A DNA stretch of 53,217 nucleotides, counting the filler, from Perkinsus olseni (Eukaryota), in assembly GCA_013115125.1 (NCBI GenBank). It is 2 parts of 2 records of this genome, joined end to end, with 100 filler letters (N's around TTAATTAATTAA, not from the genome) between each part and the next. Parts side by side here need not be neighbours in the genome. Positions count along the whole stretch, not along the records: positions 26,681 to 53,217 come from JABANN010000478.1; 1 more part is not named here. The stretch is one strand, 5' to 3'. Of the stretch, positions 33,891-47,429 are shown piece after piece. Under the pieces are notes generated by a model, which saw only the letters and a list, made by a program, of their open reading frames with translations, searched no databases and was not told the DNA's origin. Every line of letters starts with the position of its first letter. Position 1 is the first letter of the stretch. A program made the position numbers and the translations under genes.

Positions 33891-36800
33891 TTACAAGTAC
33901 CTGTGGCAGACACACAGTGGTGGGCTAGGGATGGCAGGCACGGGCCCGGGACTGCTCCCAACCTACAGACTAGCGCTGAAGACAATTCCCCTTCGTAGTT
34001 TTGTTCGGCCCTCGACCATCTTTTCCTCGAGCTCCTTATGGCCGATCAGCTTCGCCGCCATACCTACGACAAGACGATGGCACGGGGAATCCAAGGTTGA
34101 AGGACGACCACGGCGAGACACTGCCGAAGACACAGTACCACAATTTTGGCAATTCGTAGCGTAAAGCAATAGGCCTTACCAAGTTCTCTAAGGAGCTCCT
34201 CCAGGCGTCTCATGACCCTGACGACGCTGCCTTCATACATCTCGCAAGTCTGCATGATGTCCTTGAACGGTTTGCCTTCCATCCAGGCCACCACGGCTGG
34301 GACCAGCTGCGGGCGGATGTGGTCCTCGACATAAGTGCTAGTGTCAACGCCAGCCACCTTGCACTCCTGAATAGACCAACCACGCTCCCTTCTCAGACAC
34401 CCCAACAGCTGCGATAATTACCGCCATAACAGTGGCCACGTCCTGAGCGATGACCTTCATCTTGTCCAAGGCCTTGGCCAAATCAGCGTTGTCCGGCGTT
34501 CTGAGAGGAGAAAGGATAGTCCGATCGCTGCTCCGATGGGGCTGCTGCCTTACGTCGCGTCCTCCGACTTCTCATCGAGGATCAAACAGGAGCAGAGGGC
34601 GGCGATGTGCTCAGCCTGAAGCAGTGGGACGTGGCCACAGTGAGCCGAAGGGGGTGACGACGACCTACCGACATTCCCTCGAAGACGTTATTGAAGACCA
34701 GCTCAGTGAGGAGGATCTCGTCACACGAAGAGATCTCGCACGCCAGTTTACCCTGCATGAACCGATCACGATGGCGATACCGTGTAACACTAGTGCTGTA
34801 CTCACCTTCTCCAGGACAACATTATTCCTGTCTACGAAGCCGAGACGACGAAGGACACGCTTCATCGACCGCAGCTCGTCACGCAGAATCTGAGAAGACC
34901 TGAGACCAATGCTCCTGCCCCTCCCGGACCTACCACAGTGTTCTGATTCTTCAGAATGTCCGCGCACTTCGTCTGTTCCTCGTGAAGATGCACGCGCTTC
35001 GTGAAGAGATCCATCAGCCTGACGACAGCAGTAACCAAGACACCATCGCCAGCAGCAGGCACTCACTGAGATCGCTCCGCCTGGGGTACCGTCATCAGCC
35101 GGTTGGACAACTTAGCGTTCTCGGCGTTCTTCATTTTCTTCGACACTTCACCGAACTCCTCACCATCAATCTTCATCTCATTGACAGGGTCCAGTTCGGG
35201 CAGCCCATGGGCCTTGAAGTTGTCATGGTTCAACTAAGGCGAGCAAAGTCCTTATCGCGCCAGAGCAACCCCCACTTCTTACGATGGCCTTGAGCATGTT
35301 CTTGCACTGTGTCTTCACTGCCTCCGTACGGTTGTGTGGCTCCTGGGCGGCCTGGGGCAGCTGACCTCGAATCCTGCTGATCTTGTGCAGCGACCGCAGC
35401 GGAACACTCCGAACCACGCCTTCCTCTGCAAGACCGATGGTGACCAGCCGCTAGAAGTGATCAGTACTACCATCGATGCAATCTACGACGTAGCTGTTAT
35501 CGAGATCTGCGGCGCCCTTATCCTCAGCCAGCTTATCGCACTTGATGACCATAGCCCAGTCACCTGCCTCGACCGTCACAACTTGCTCAGTACCCCATCC
35601 TCCTACCATCCTTCGAGAGGCTGATGAGTCGACCAGGGTTCATGAAGGGTATGGCGTACTTCGGCAAAGTAACTATCTTTCTCCGCTCTTCTACAGCGCT
35701 GGCGAGATCCTGGTCCGCTTGGAAGGCATCGGTCAAGGCCTGAGGACTCCCCATTCTCTGCGACATTGCGATGTAGTAGTATTACCATCTTGACGTCGAA
35801 GTTCATCTTCTGAGAAGCCTCAGTAGTGACCTTGTTCAGCTCTTCAGAGGCATCCTCGAGCTTATGGCTGAGCTCCGAGTGCTGAGGAGAGCATCGTCAC
35901 GCGCCACGAAATTATCATACGAGAGGCTGCTACCCGCTCCTTAGCCGCTATACACCCCTTGTCCTTCTGGAACTGTGAGAAACTCCTCTCGAGGAGGTAG
36001 TTCGGGTCCACACCTACACACCCATCACATCACGGCTGATGCTACATTCAGTGAGCGCTGGTATCGATCAGGGACATGTGCGCCACGAGCAGCAGTAAAT
36101 TTGCGCCATCGCGTTCTATTTATAACAAGTTTCCATACAGCACCACGATCCCCAATATCTTCTTTGGCGATGCTACTACTACTCACCCTCAAGCCTGAGC
36201 ATGTTGAGAAGCATATTGTAGCCGAGGTAGAACTGGCTGTCAAGCCGGCTTGCATCACCTGCATAAATCAGAAAAGCTCCCCAAGGTGGATTCGAACCCG
36301 GGGCCCCTGAGGGCTTAGGCAATTACAACGACCATATACCCTGCTAGACTACCACCACTGTAACACCTCACCCTCCTACCGAGGAACATGTCCTTAGCCG
36401 TATTAGGCTCCACCTTGTCCGTAAGCATGATTATCACCAAACCCTTGTCATCCTTCCCTCGTCGACCTACGCAACAGCCATCACCTCCTCAAAAGGCCCA
36501 CCCCAGCCGTACCAGCACGCCCAGCCATCTGAATGTACTCTCCGCTATTCAGCGTCCTGCGCTCAATGCCATCCCACTTTTGGATCTGAGGTGAAGAAGG
36601 CTTCCGAGCAGCAACAGGTGAGGCCTGCCCTACCGAAGTGAAAACGACCGTCTTCGCCGGCATGTTGACGCCCATGGCGAAGGTCTCCGTGCAGAAGAGG
36701 ACCTGAGGGAGGTGGTTGCGTTGGCAGCGGTGGTGGTGGCGATATACCTTGATAAGGTTCTCCTGGAAGAGGATTTCAACGATCTCCTTGAGGATCGGCA

Positions 36801-38907
36801 ACAGACCACCGTGATGGATACCAATCCCTCTCGAAAGGAAGCCGAGCATGGACTGGATCTGCTGCAGCTCCCTGTCCTCAGGACCTGTTACGGTAGCCCA
36901 GATACCGCAAACTCCCGAAGGAAGGATCCCCGGGGCGCTCATCGACTAGTCTACATCGTCCGGAAATAGGTACTCTTCTTTTGACGCTCCTACGTCCTCA
37001 AAAGCTTACCACCACTACGATTCTTGCGTCACAGTGCTATGAAAAACGCCGAATATTCGCTATCCCACAGAAGACGAGAACGAGGTCGCTTCTGCCGAGG
37101 GTCTACTCAGGGTTGCCATAGCGTTCTCGAAGACGTCCCCAATGAGGGCCTTCTCGTCCTGCGTGACCAAGTCAATGTTCCGCAACACCAACGCGTTCTG
37201 CTCACACTCCTTCTTGCTAAAGGCGAATACTATCACCTGTGGAGACGGGCGTCGCCTAGCGTCAAGTGAGGGCGACAACCCTACCGGCATGTAGGCTCTG
37301 TCAGAGCACATCCTGACGACCTTGAGGAGATCGCTGTTCTTGGTATGCTGCTGCTGTTTTTTCTTGTTGCTCTTCAGACCTAGTGACCCCAATACGCCCC
37401 CTCGCCGTCCTCAGCGCCACTACTACCCTTAGTGCTCTGTGAGGCCTGCTCGGTATTCTTCTCCAAAATTTCCACCGCCTTACCGTAATTGTCTTCTCGG
37501 AACTTACCCTGATCGACTCGAAGCCATCTCTCCCAAGTCGCGTGTCACCACCACCGCTACTACTACCTTCTCGTCCACAGTAAGATAGACACCATCGCCC
37601 ATGCTAGGATACACATAGTGCTGCAAAGGGACGGGCCTGAACAGACGAATGAAGGCCCTTCGAGAAGGGCACAGGAGAAGGGGCACCTGTAGTCCGTATA
37701 AATAAGATGGCAGGGCTGATGCTTGATGCGGCAGATCCACTCGGCGAACTCTCTCGCGTTGGGAATGGTGGCCGAGAGGAAAACGAATCTTACGGTATCG
37801 GGCAGGAGGATCCTGAGCAGCGGACATGACCAACCCCGTGCAAGACGGCTGTCGTCTTTCTACATGGTCTCCTCCCAGACCACGCCTCGATCCCGGTCCC
37901 TCATGTAATGGACCTCATCGAAGATCACCCACTTCACCTCGCGGCACACGTCGCTGCCTCGGTACAGCATCGACCTGGCAAGTGTCGGATAAAAAGATAC
38001 GCCCCCACGCCTCCGACCAACCTCAAAATCTCAGTGGTCATGATCATGCAGCTAGCATTGGGGTTGATGGTAACATCACCGGTCATGAGCCCTACATCGC
38101 TCCCGAACTCATCAGCGAGATCTCGGTACTTCTGGTTACTAACAAGGAGAACTCAATGCAACAGGGGCCTGTGGTGATACTACCTCAAGGCCTTGATAGG
38201 GGAGGTGTAAATAACCCTCTGGTTGTCACGCATACTCATAGCGATCGCGTACTCAGCCACGGTGGTCTTACCAGCGGAAGTGTGCGCGGAGACCAGTACC
38301 TGCTCGCCAACGACAGCTCTATCACGCTGGTGGCTGTCGATGCTCCTACGGATTCGCTGCGTTCCAGACACGATACAGCTTCAGACTGGAAGCGATCGAG
38401 GGTGTATGGGTAGGTCTTCGCCGGCTCTCCTTCATACCTATATCAAGGACCTCTAGGGCGAGGATGCCCGGCTGGCTGTACTACTTCGGGAGGCGTTTCT
38501 CCTTGGCCCAGTTTGCTGGTAATATACACTCATGTAAGCAGTTCTCCCCCGACGGATAAGCTTCGTGCGTGACCTGTTAAGGGCGGTCCACCACGCCTAG
38601 GGCCCCTGAGCTCGGGCCTCTACCTCAGACATGAGCTCCTCGGCCCTTCCCTGCTCAGCTTCTTCAGGGCTCTCTCCCGATGCCGCCTCGTCAGTCGATG
38701 AACGGACTGCCTTGGTTGGAGGCTCTTCGGTTGATTCGCTATTAGACGGGGATCGTGGCCGGGCTGCATTACGGAAAGATACCCTTCCCTGCCAAGTTAC
38801 CCTTCCCTATTACCAGCCTTTACTTCAGGCATCACTTCAGCCTGCTCCTCCTCCTCCTGAGGCACTTCACCGTCAAATACGTCGAAGAGATCGTCTTCAG
38901 TAGCCAT
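33891..38907 (-). CDS. MTR4: Ski2-like RNA helicase MTR4 (SKIV2L2), multi-exon
   Basis: [116 protein letters not shown], and the C-terminus [12 protein letters not shown]. Confidence 0.95.
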
Positions 38908-39389
38908 AGTGAATCAAGCAGCTGTAGGGCAAGAGTGAAGCACGATCCCCGCTCATCGGACCACAGCAATATGCAATGAACCACAATGTTGCGAATCTAC
39001 CCGCAATCCGAAGAACAAGCGGCCGCCCTAATGATCGAAATGCTGCGCGTTCATCAAAGAATGCTCTGAATCGATTCGATTCTGAGATTGAACGGTAGAT
39101 TGAGGTATTGGTTTACTCAAGAAACCTGAAGAGGCTTCGGTTTGGCTTTTCCAGTATCTAGGTCTGTGACGGGCTGACAGCCCGGGGCTGTTGCCAGATC
39201 CCAACGGCATCATGCGACGCCCTACACTCCACGAGCCCGTATGCTCGACTGCGCTAGGCGCCCCATCATCAGCTCTCGGCATTCCGTCATAATGAACCCT
39301 ATCCTGCATCAACTCTAACATCAACCTCTGGAATACAGTTCTGAGCTTTCGTTTGCTTTCTGTTTGAAGCCCTAGCTTGTTCGCAGCGG

Positions 39390-41967
39390 AAAGGTAGCGA
39401 GGATGAGACCCTTTTCAATTCGGCATCCTATGCGACCTATTCAACCACAGCCTCAGTGGGTGGCAGTAGTGACAGGTCTGCTGACCAGATCGGCCTACCT
39501 CTTATGATGGGACTTGTCCTTTTACTTGAGGAAAGCGCTTAATTAAGGTCCTACTTCTCGTCTTTTCCGGCTATGTTGTCATAGGAGCACTATTACTCTG
39601 TTCAGTTTTCCGTCCAAGAAGGGGCTCTCTAGCATCGTAAGTTAGAATCTTACACGGGGCGACAGTTCGGTAGTCTCCAAACTCATAGCAATGAATATGT
39701 GAAAGCGCTCCAACAGTGTCCATGGTATGGCGACTTTGTTAGTGGAGCAAGATACTCATCAGTTTGAATAGTGGTGATTGGTGTACTGCTGGATTCACTT
39801 TTTTGTCGGATGTTACTAAACGTGTACGTGTGATGGCTCGGGCTGTAGTGTCGTGTCGGCTCAGCAGGCGAATCGAGTGTAATATCGACTTCTAATCGGC
39901 TTACATCCCGAACGAGAGCCATGGTGGTCGTTAACGGTCTGCTTCTGTCTTAGCTGGACCAGTACGCCCAGGCCCAGTGACTCGGCAGCGAAGTCGTACA
40001 ACTTAGTCGTTTTAGTCATGCTTATGACAACCATATCAGGTATGGTTAGCGCGGGTCGAACGTGACCAGTGATGAGGGGGAGATGGTCGGACACGAGTAC
40101 TGATGAGTTGATTGGTGAGTCAGGCGTTCAGTCCTCATGCTGATGGGGCAAAAACCAGCCCTGTCGACCGAGGTGGAGGCAAATTGTTCTTGCCTGTCAT
40201 CGGCGTCCGTAAGCTCATTTTGGGAGATTATTCTGTGAGGCTAGTCGCCCCATGTGACATGCTGCAGCCGCCACGCTCTTTTTGTCGGTGTTCTTTCTGT
40301 GGCATATCAGTTTTCCTGCGCAGTGCTGTCAGAGAAGCCCTGGGCGGGTTTTCGGGAGGAGTAGGACAGAGAATTCGTCGAACCGGTTGCGCGGACTACA
40401 TCCATAGATCAGTTCGGTTTCTGATGGTATACTTCGCCCCTCCTGGTCCAGCTCGGAACGAAGCGGGACAGAACATAGCGACGACGATGTTGGCGATCAT
40501 AGCAAGGAGCCCTAAACTAGGTGGAGGGGGCCCGGAGACATCATCAGCGTCAGGCAGCAACGTGCAGGGTAAGAAATAGTTTCGCGAAGATTTGACAGGA
40601 ATATGAAATACTGGAACCGAGAATCGAACTCGGGACATACTGCGTGTTAGGCAGTCGTCATAACCAACTAGACCATTCCAGCGTTGATATACGTGACGCG
40701 ACACGGCCGTGTTTGAGATGTAAAATGCCTCATGTATCTACCTCTCAGGCTCACTCATGCGAAATTTGGCGCACGGAGAATGTACAATCCTCCCTGCACT
40801 AGAAGACCTCGTCGGCATCCTTTCCGACGACGAGGTCGACGCAGCTTCCGGACCTAATAGCTCCTCACGAACTCTATCTAACCCTCAACCTTCCGATCTA
40901 TCGAACTCAGTAAGAAACTCGTCGAAGTGCTCGTCCCTGCAGCGCTCTCTCAGTATGCACCAGAAAATATTCTTGAATACTATGCGAGATGCCACTGGAA
41001 AGAAGCCAGCCGGTCAATGGACGCCGAACTAGACGACACCATCGCACAACTAGATGATTTCCTGTCGTCTCTCTACGCCAGCGAAAGTTATGAGGATAAC
41101 CCGAGTAGTGCTCGTGGAGTTTTCGATCGCTATCCGAGGAATCTGTATCGACCTAAGAAAATCGTCTTCATCATCGTGGCAGGCACCTCTCCTGGAAGGG
41201 GCGGGAGCGGACGCATTTCGAGTAGCAGAGGCGAACACGTCCGTAGAAGTACACCTTGCAACACAACAGGCTGCGTCTTATCAGATGGTCTCAGATCGAT
41301 ACGAGGGTCGATTCACGAGGGAAGCCTTGCTACAAAAGCTCCATCCCGGCCTGGCACGCTACCTAGCGCAACCCAATCCCAACCTTGCACGTGAACAGAG
41401 AGAGTACTCGGCAAAACTGGCAAGGGTGGGAACGAATCGACTGCACCTTTACCATTGGCTGCGCTGGTGTTTCAGAGACCCAGCCTCGGTGACCCGTCCG
41501 AGGAGCCTCGAGACGCCTTGTATGACTTGCGAACGGTGCTGAGGCGAATTGGAGAGAAATTAAGTGACCAGTAACCTCATACTTGCTGATATTTGTGATA
41601 GGTAGGTACCACAAGATCACCCGCTTTCGGGCCGGCCAGTGGACACTCCAAGGTAAGCCCTGTTTGAGAGGGCGTCGTCTGTCTGATGCACTCGCGCGTC
41701 CATTGTTATGCATATCCTAGCTCTTCGAGTTTTGTATATCGCAGATACGGTGAAGAAACAGAGTCCAGCAGACTCCAGAGACATCAGCGAGTAGATTTAC
41801 CTTCTGTTGGAGGAAGCCAGAGGAAAAAGAAGGTCAGACCTCCTCATGGCTACCATGTTAACAGGAAGACCGTCCCTGCTGTTTTTGCAGGTCCGACCGA
41901 ACCTCAACCTCGCCCCACCATGGAGGGGATGACCCACACAGGGATGAGTGACATGCTACCATTCTGA
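39390..41967 (+). CDS. One or two hypothetical multi-exon genes (first part with TM segments)
   Basis: Short coding-like exons bounded by GT/AG (VLLLVFSGYVVIGALL; ATLFLSVFFLWHI; ENILEYYARCHW...; EALLQKLHPGLARYL). No family was recognised. Confidence 0.3.
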
Positions 41968-42222
41968 ACTATTGGTGTTGACAACACCGTGTTGTTACCA
42001 CACTTCGCAGTAATCACCTATGTGTTGCGTCTCCAAAACCCCCGTCTGAATCTCGGATTGCTCAGTCGAAGGCCTAGGTCTTCACTACCGCCGTCAAACG
42101 CACAACAATGTGACTAAACACAAGTCGTCTGACGTGCAATTATACTTATCACTGATAGAACTCCTAGGGACTCTACGAGAACAGTACTGCGATAAGTTGT
42201 CTTATAACGAGAACGACGACGC

Positions 42223-44622
42223 TCAGAAGGGCATGATAGCACTCGCTATCGAAAGGATGGTCGTGTTCATCATCGGCAATGCTTGTCCAACGTGAGTGTT
42301 CAATAGCGTTGGCGACTTAGCAAATACGATCGGCACCAACTGAAGGGATGAAGCACGATGTTACGGCTGCGAAGACCCCCGCGGATGTCACCTGTTCAAT
42401 GAGAGGGTCTTTGCCTCCTCTGATGGGGCATTCGACAATAGGGTCAGAATGACCACAGCCTGGCAGCACCTTGAAGGTCACGTGCCTGCTCATCAGAATT
42501 CTAGCAATCGAAGATCTTTCCCCAGCATCATTATTACTGTACACCGCAATACTGCAGGGCCTTCTTGAATTGAACCGAAGACTCAATCGGCACAGTGACA
42601 TCAGCATCACCTGATTAATCATCAACACTTAACAGGAATCCTTCCGTCGGCAACTACTACCGTGGAACAAATAGATTTCAGGAAGCCTGTGCATGGCAGC
42701 TTTGCTCTTCCCTGTGGACTCGGAGAGAATCCTAGTAGGCGATACTCGGAACAAATCATGGCCCATCATTGCCATAACGACATTGGAGTACCTGAACAGC
42801 AAGACCTCGACTACCGGGCAGCAGGGCGATGCTATTACAGTCCTCGGCTGTTGAGATGGGGCACCATAGAGATCATATCGTAGGGCCCTGATATGCCTAC
42901 AAAGGCCCTGATCTCGCTCAACGACCACATCTCGTTCAACTCCACATTCTTCACGGCGGCCTGACAACAGAGGAAGTGGACCGCAAGCTCGATACCAGTA
43001 CGAGTACCTTCTCTTCTCTAATGGCCTTGTTTATGAGTAACTGAGCAGGGCGACCAGAGTCAGACAATGCTGTCAGGAGTGATACTATCGCCTACCAGCG
43101 CCAGCAAATGGGCTCCTGCGCTCTGTCCAGTGAGCACAACATTGGATATATCACCACCGTAGCGATCAGCATTCTCGAACACCCAACTGATGCATGATAG
43201 ATGAACACAGCCCATGGGGCCCGACGGGACATCCTCACTTGATGCAGTTGTTGACATCCTCAATCATATCATCAATTTTACCCTGTGGGAAGTTGCGGTA
43301 ATCAGGCGCAATAAAAAGAGCGCCCCTTTCGAAGCCCAAACGTCGACCCATGCAAGCTGACCATGCACGGAACCTATCACCGATGATGCGTTGAAGCAGT
43401 ACAGTGGCGATGGACCCGAACGCTTACCCGATAACCCAGGCACCTCCCATGACATTGATGACAATAGGGAGCCTCTTCTGGCGACGCTTCTCAGGCGGGT
43501 CCAAATAGTAGTCAGCAGGGAGGTAAATATCCAGCTGGTTTCGGCCATTAGGACCATAACGTATCCCGCGGAGCACCTAGGAGGTCTTCTGAGGTAGGCA
43601 TGGCGAAGGTCTTCTGCTTACATTAGGGCTGAGAGTCCACCAACTACCAACCTTCACCACTGCTGGCATGATGAGAACTGCGAAAACGACAAGTCGCATG
43701 AACATAACGTATCTGGCAGGGAAAGTATCTTTGTGTACAACGACAGACAAGGAAGAGCCTACGCTTGCAGACCGGTGCCGAAAAACTTGAGCAAAATGCT
43801 AGCTTCATGCATCAACCACGGGAACTCCTCAACTACGACGTGCAAAAATCTAAAAGGGATCAGACGTGAGCTCAGAGCGAGGCTGCTGGGGTGACTAACA
43901 ATACCTCGAAAGCATGAAAGGGAAGTACATGACCCAATCAGGGATCCAACTCTCTTCCTCTTCACCGTCACTCTCATCCTTATCGGTCGGATAGTACCTG
44001 CGATAGCAGCCAAAACTAGCAGCTGGGAGAGCACGGAACGTTATTACGGTTTGAGCCAATGGAGCTCTCTGTCGTAGTTGGAACCGACCTGATGCGTCAT
44101 TGCCCTTCCAAGAATCTTAGACCGATCCTGAGTACATAGCAGCAACTACGTGAGCATCCTGGGCTTGAGTTATTACCTTCCGAGCCTTCCGTCCTCTCTG
44201 CAGGCCACTAGCTGTGGTGACGCTTCTCGTGTAGTGCGGGTGCTCATCACCCAGGGAAGAGAGACCTGCCGAGACAAACAACCGAGTTGCAACAGCCAGA
44301 CTACTATCACTCAAATACTACTACCTCTAGGCATGGGACGTCCGGGATGCTTCAACGGCTTGTGTGTGGGCACATCAGAACCACCAGTAGCATCCGGTAC
44401 GACAAGGCTCACTCGAGGACGCTGCTCACTCTGGGCAACCCCTGCCTTTATTTTGATATCCTCGGCGGCAGCAGGTCGGTTTTCGCTTTTTCTATCAGTC
44501 TTTACAGCAGCATCCTTCGCTACGGTGGCCTTCGCGGTGCCCTCAGTTGAGGGTTCGCCGCTGACTTCACCAAGCGTAGCCTTCGAGTCAGTGACGGGAT
44601 GATCGTTGTTCAAATTAGTCAT
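42223..44622 (-). CDS. Isoprenylcysteine methylesterase (ICME/PCME)-like alpha/beta hydrolase, multi-exon
   Basis: RLDIYLP, VINVMGGAWVIG, DYRNFPQG, ISWVFENADRYGGDISNVVLTGQSAGAHL (GxSxG), LPEIYLFHG and GHSDP. The C-terminus ...SAIMPF* is typical of this family. Confidence 0.85.
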
Positions 44623-45264
44623 AGTGAAAAATGAGAATTTACAGGCAACTTGCGGGCGATAGTACTGGTAATCACTACGAAAGGGCAACAACGCGCCTAC
44701 CAGCGTACACCGAAAACTAGCGATGAAAAGTGGGACAGTTTGACACAGCAACAAAGATGAGCACTTCGTTTTACTGAGCCCCCTTTCGTGCGAACTGTGT
44801 GGGCGCTTCAGTAGACTGCGTCGGTTCTGTGGACGTCTGTCCTCAAGTGCGCCCGGCGACAAGTTCATCTCATTCCATAGAACCTGGGTCACTTCTCCTT
44901 GGCGAATGATGCAACAGTTAACCGGGGTTTGCGTTAGAAATGTCGGCCGTGAGATTTGAACCTGCGCCGCTCGACACGCCGCGAAAAGACTCGAGTAATC
45001 CTTCGTTGAGATTTGGACCAGTTGCTTTGCCCTCACTCGTGCGTGCAATAGCTGACTCTCCTTCACGTCAACACAAGAAAACAGCTTTACGAGACTAGCG
45101 TGATGATATTTTTCACGTGCACGCATGCACACGTACAGATGCTGATGCACCAGGTGCTGCCACATTATCAATTTCTTTCTCGACTCTCGTCATACGCTCC
45201 TCGAACTCTTGCGGCGACAACGACCTGAAGAGATCGCTGTACAAACGAGAGAGCTAGCCATGGC

Positions 45265-47310
45265 TCACTCGTCAACTTCGTCCATCTCTGCTAGCGTCGG
45301 CATGATGGCGTCCCAGTGCATAGTGATCGCCTTATTAACCCATGGCTGGACGATCTCTATGGGGTCCTTCCCAATAGATTTCCTCTGAGAACAAAGAGTC
45401 CTTCGAAGCGGAGCGATCCCAGCACGCTGCACACTTACGAGGAGCGGCGTGTCGGTAAGGACTCTCGAGACGGTGGCCCTGAGAACTTTCCTCCACCCTC
45501 CCAGCGTCGCCTCTTCCGCTGCCGAACACCAAACAGACGCTATTGCCGCCCAGCGCCCCGGGGATAAGGCACGCCTCCTGGCTTCCTCGTACGGGCGACC
45601 TGCCAGGGCGCACTGCAATGGCCACTCAAACGGCCTCCATACCCTGTCCGAGGAACATCAGCGCATCATCGGTGACCTTCATCGACCCCCTCAGCCGACA
45701 AGCAGCGCGCAGTTCTCTCCACCTCGACAGTCGGCGGTCTCTGAACCTCAGCAAAAGATCCCGCACGAACTCCGACTCCAGGCTGCCCTTCAGAGCGTCA
45801 TAATTGTACAGCATCCTGCCGACACTGGTCGTCTCCGTCTGCACTTTCACAGTCAGTCGCGCCGTCACTCTTCGACGCTCAACGGCGAAGTTCAACGCGG
45901 CACGGCTCATCACTCTGCGGTACCACCACTGGATCCTTCGAATGCAGACCAAGTACCATACCACACGTTGCGTAACAAATCTCAGTTGCGCGGCCTCTCG
46001 AAGGAAGGCGGCCACCACCCTAGAAGAACGTTCATGCAATCGTTGCCGAACTCGACCGAGGAAGCGGCTCAAGTATGTCGCCAGACGCAGCTTGGTCGTT
46101 GACGAGATACGCCTCAAGGCGAAGCGGACTCGCCATCGACGCGTGTACCTCTGTACTCTCACAACCAGTAAGACATAAAGCCATCGCTTTCTATACCACA
46201 CCACTAGTCGGAGGAGTCGTCGTAGTGAGCAGAGTACGGCGCAGGCAGAGAGCCACTGGCCCTGGCGTTCCAGAAGTGCCTTGGCACACGCCTCAGCTTC
46301 CAACCGTTCTGTCTGCTGCCTTATCCGCTCGTCTCGAGCCATGCGACTACGCTGCCTGGATTCCGCCGCCGAAATCACTCGACCCTCGGAGAATCTTGGG
46401 GTGCTACGATCTGCATGGCGCAACCTGATCCTTGGGGAGACCGATCTGGTGAGACGAGAGTCGACTTCATTCCACCTGTAAGATAATGAGGCTTCGGGCA
46501 GGCCTTGTCGAATTGGAATCACGACCTCGGCGTAGTGGAGAAGGTGGGTCCTCTCCCACCGGTCATTGGCCTTACCGGCTCGTGCTGCCCACCCCTGGCT
46601 GGAATCACGACCAGTGGTATACCTCGAGAAGGGGAGCAGTGGCGCTGTGGAGAAGCATGTTGGACGTTACCACGCGGCGCCCGATATCTACTGAATGTGA
46701 ACCCCCGGCCCTCTGCCGACAGCGGCCTCTTCGCTGCTGGTGGGTCTCGGAGTAGCTCCTCGATCGCGCAGCCGCTCCCCCCAACTATAGGGTTGCCTCC
46801 TGCATGAAGACTGTAATAGGACGGAATGTTCGAAGAGGCCTGGCCCTACGAGAGGTCATGGGCATGATAGCGCTCTTCGGCCTCCGCTGTGCCCCCTTGG
46901 ACCTCGGCCTGCTCTTGCGATCACGTTGAGCGGGAGGCCCAAAGCTAGCTGTAGTGGAGAGAAGTTCATCTACCGTTCCGTCGGGTGAGGGAGCGTCGCA
47001 GTATCTCTGTCGCCGTGACCACACTGTCCGAGCTTCGCTGGTCCGGGGCCTCGCCGTGGTTGGCCGCCCCGCCGCCTGACTCGAGAAGTAACGGATTCCC
47101 TACTCTCCGAGGCGCTACCAGGTCGTCGACTTCATCGCATGCAACAGAGAAGCGGCCGCCAGCTGTCACTGGCCTGGTCGAAAGTCTGCCAGCAGAAAGG
47201 GGATCGCGATGAGGCGTTGCTTCGTGTTGCTGTGGTTTCTGTTCACGCGTTCTCCCTCCCAAGCTAGCATATCCTTTCTGAGCACACAAAGGCGTCAGAA
47301 CATCTCGCAA
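45265..47310 (-). CDS. IQ-motif (calmodulin-binding-like) basic protein
   Basis: ORF 45626-46522 has VVRVQRYTRRWRVR and CIRRIQWWYRRVMSR, with flanking coding-like exons. Boundaries are uncertain. Confidence 0.5.
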
Positions 47311-47429
47311 AGCGTCGTGTTACTGTTTTTCCACCGCGCAGGGCGTTTCTACGACCGCAAGCAACTCCATCCACTTCACCATAAGCGAGGACGACAGCGG
47401 AATTATCCCCACAGAAAGCTTTCACCCCT

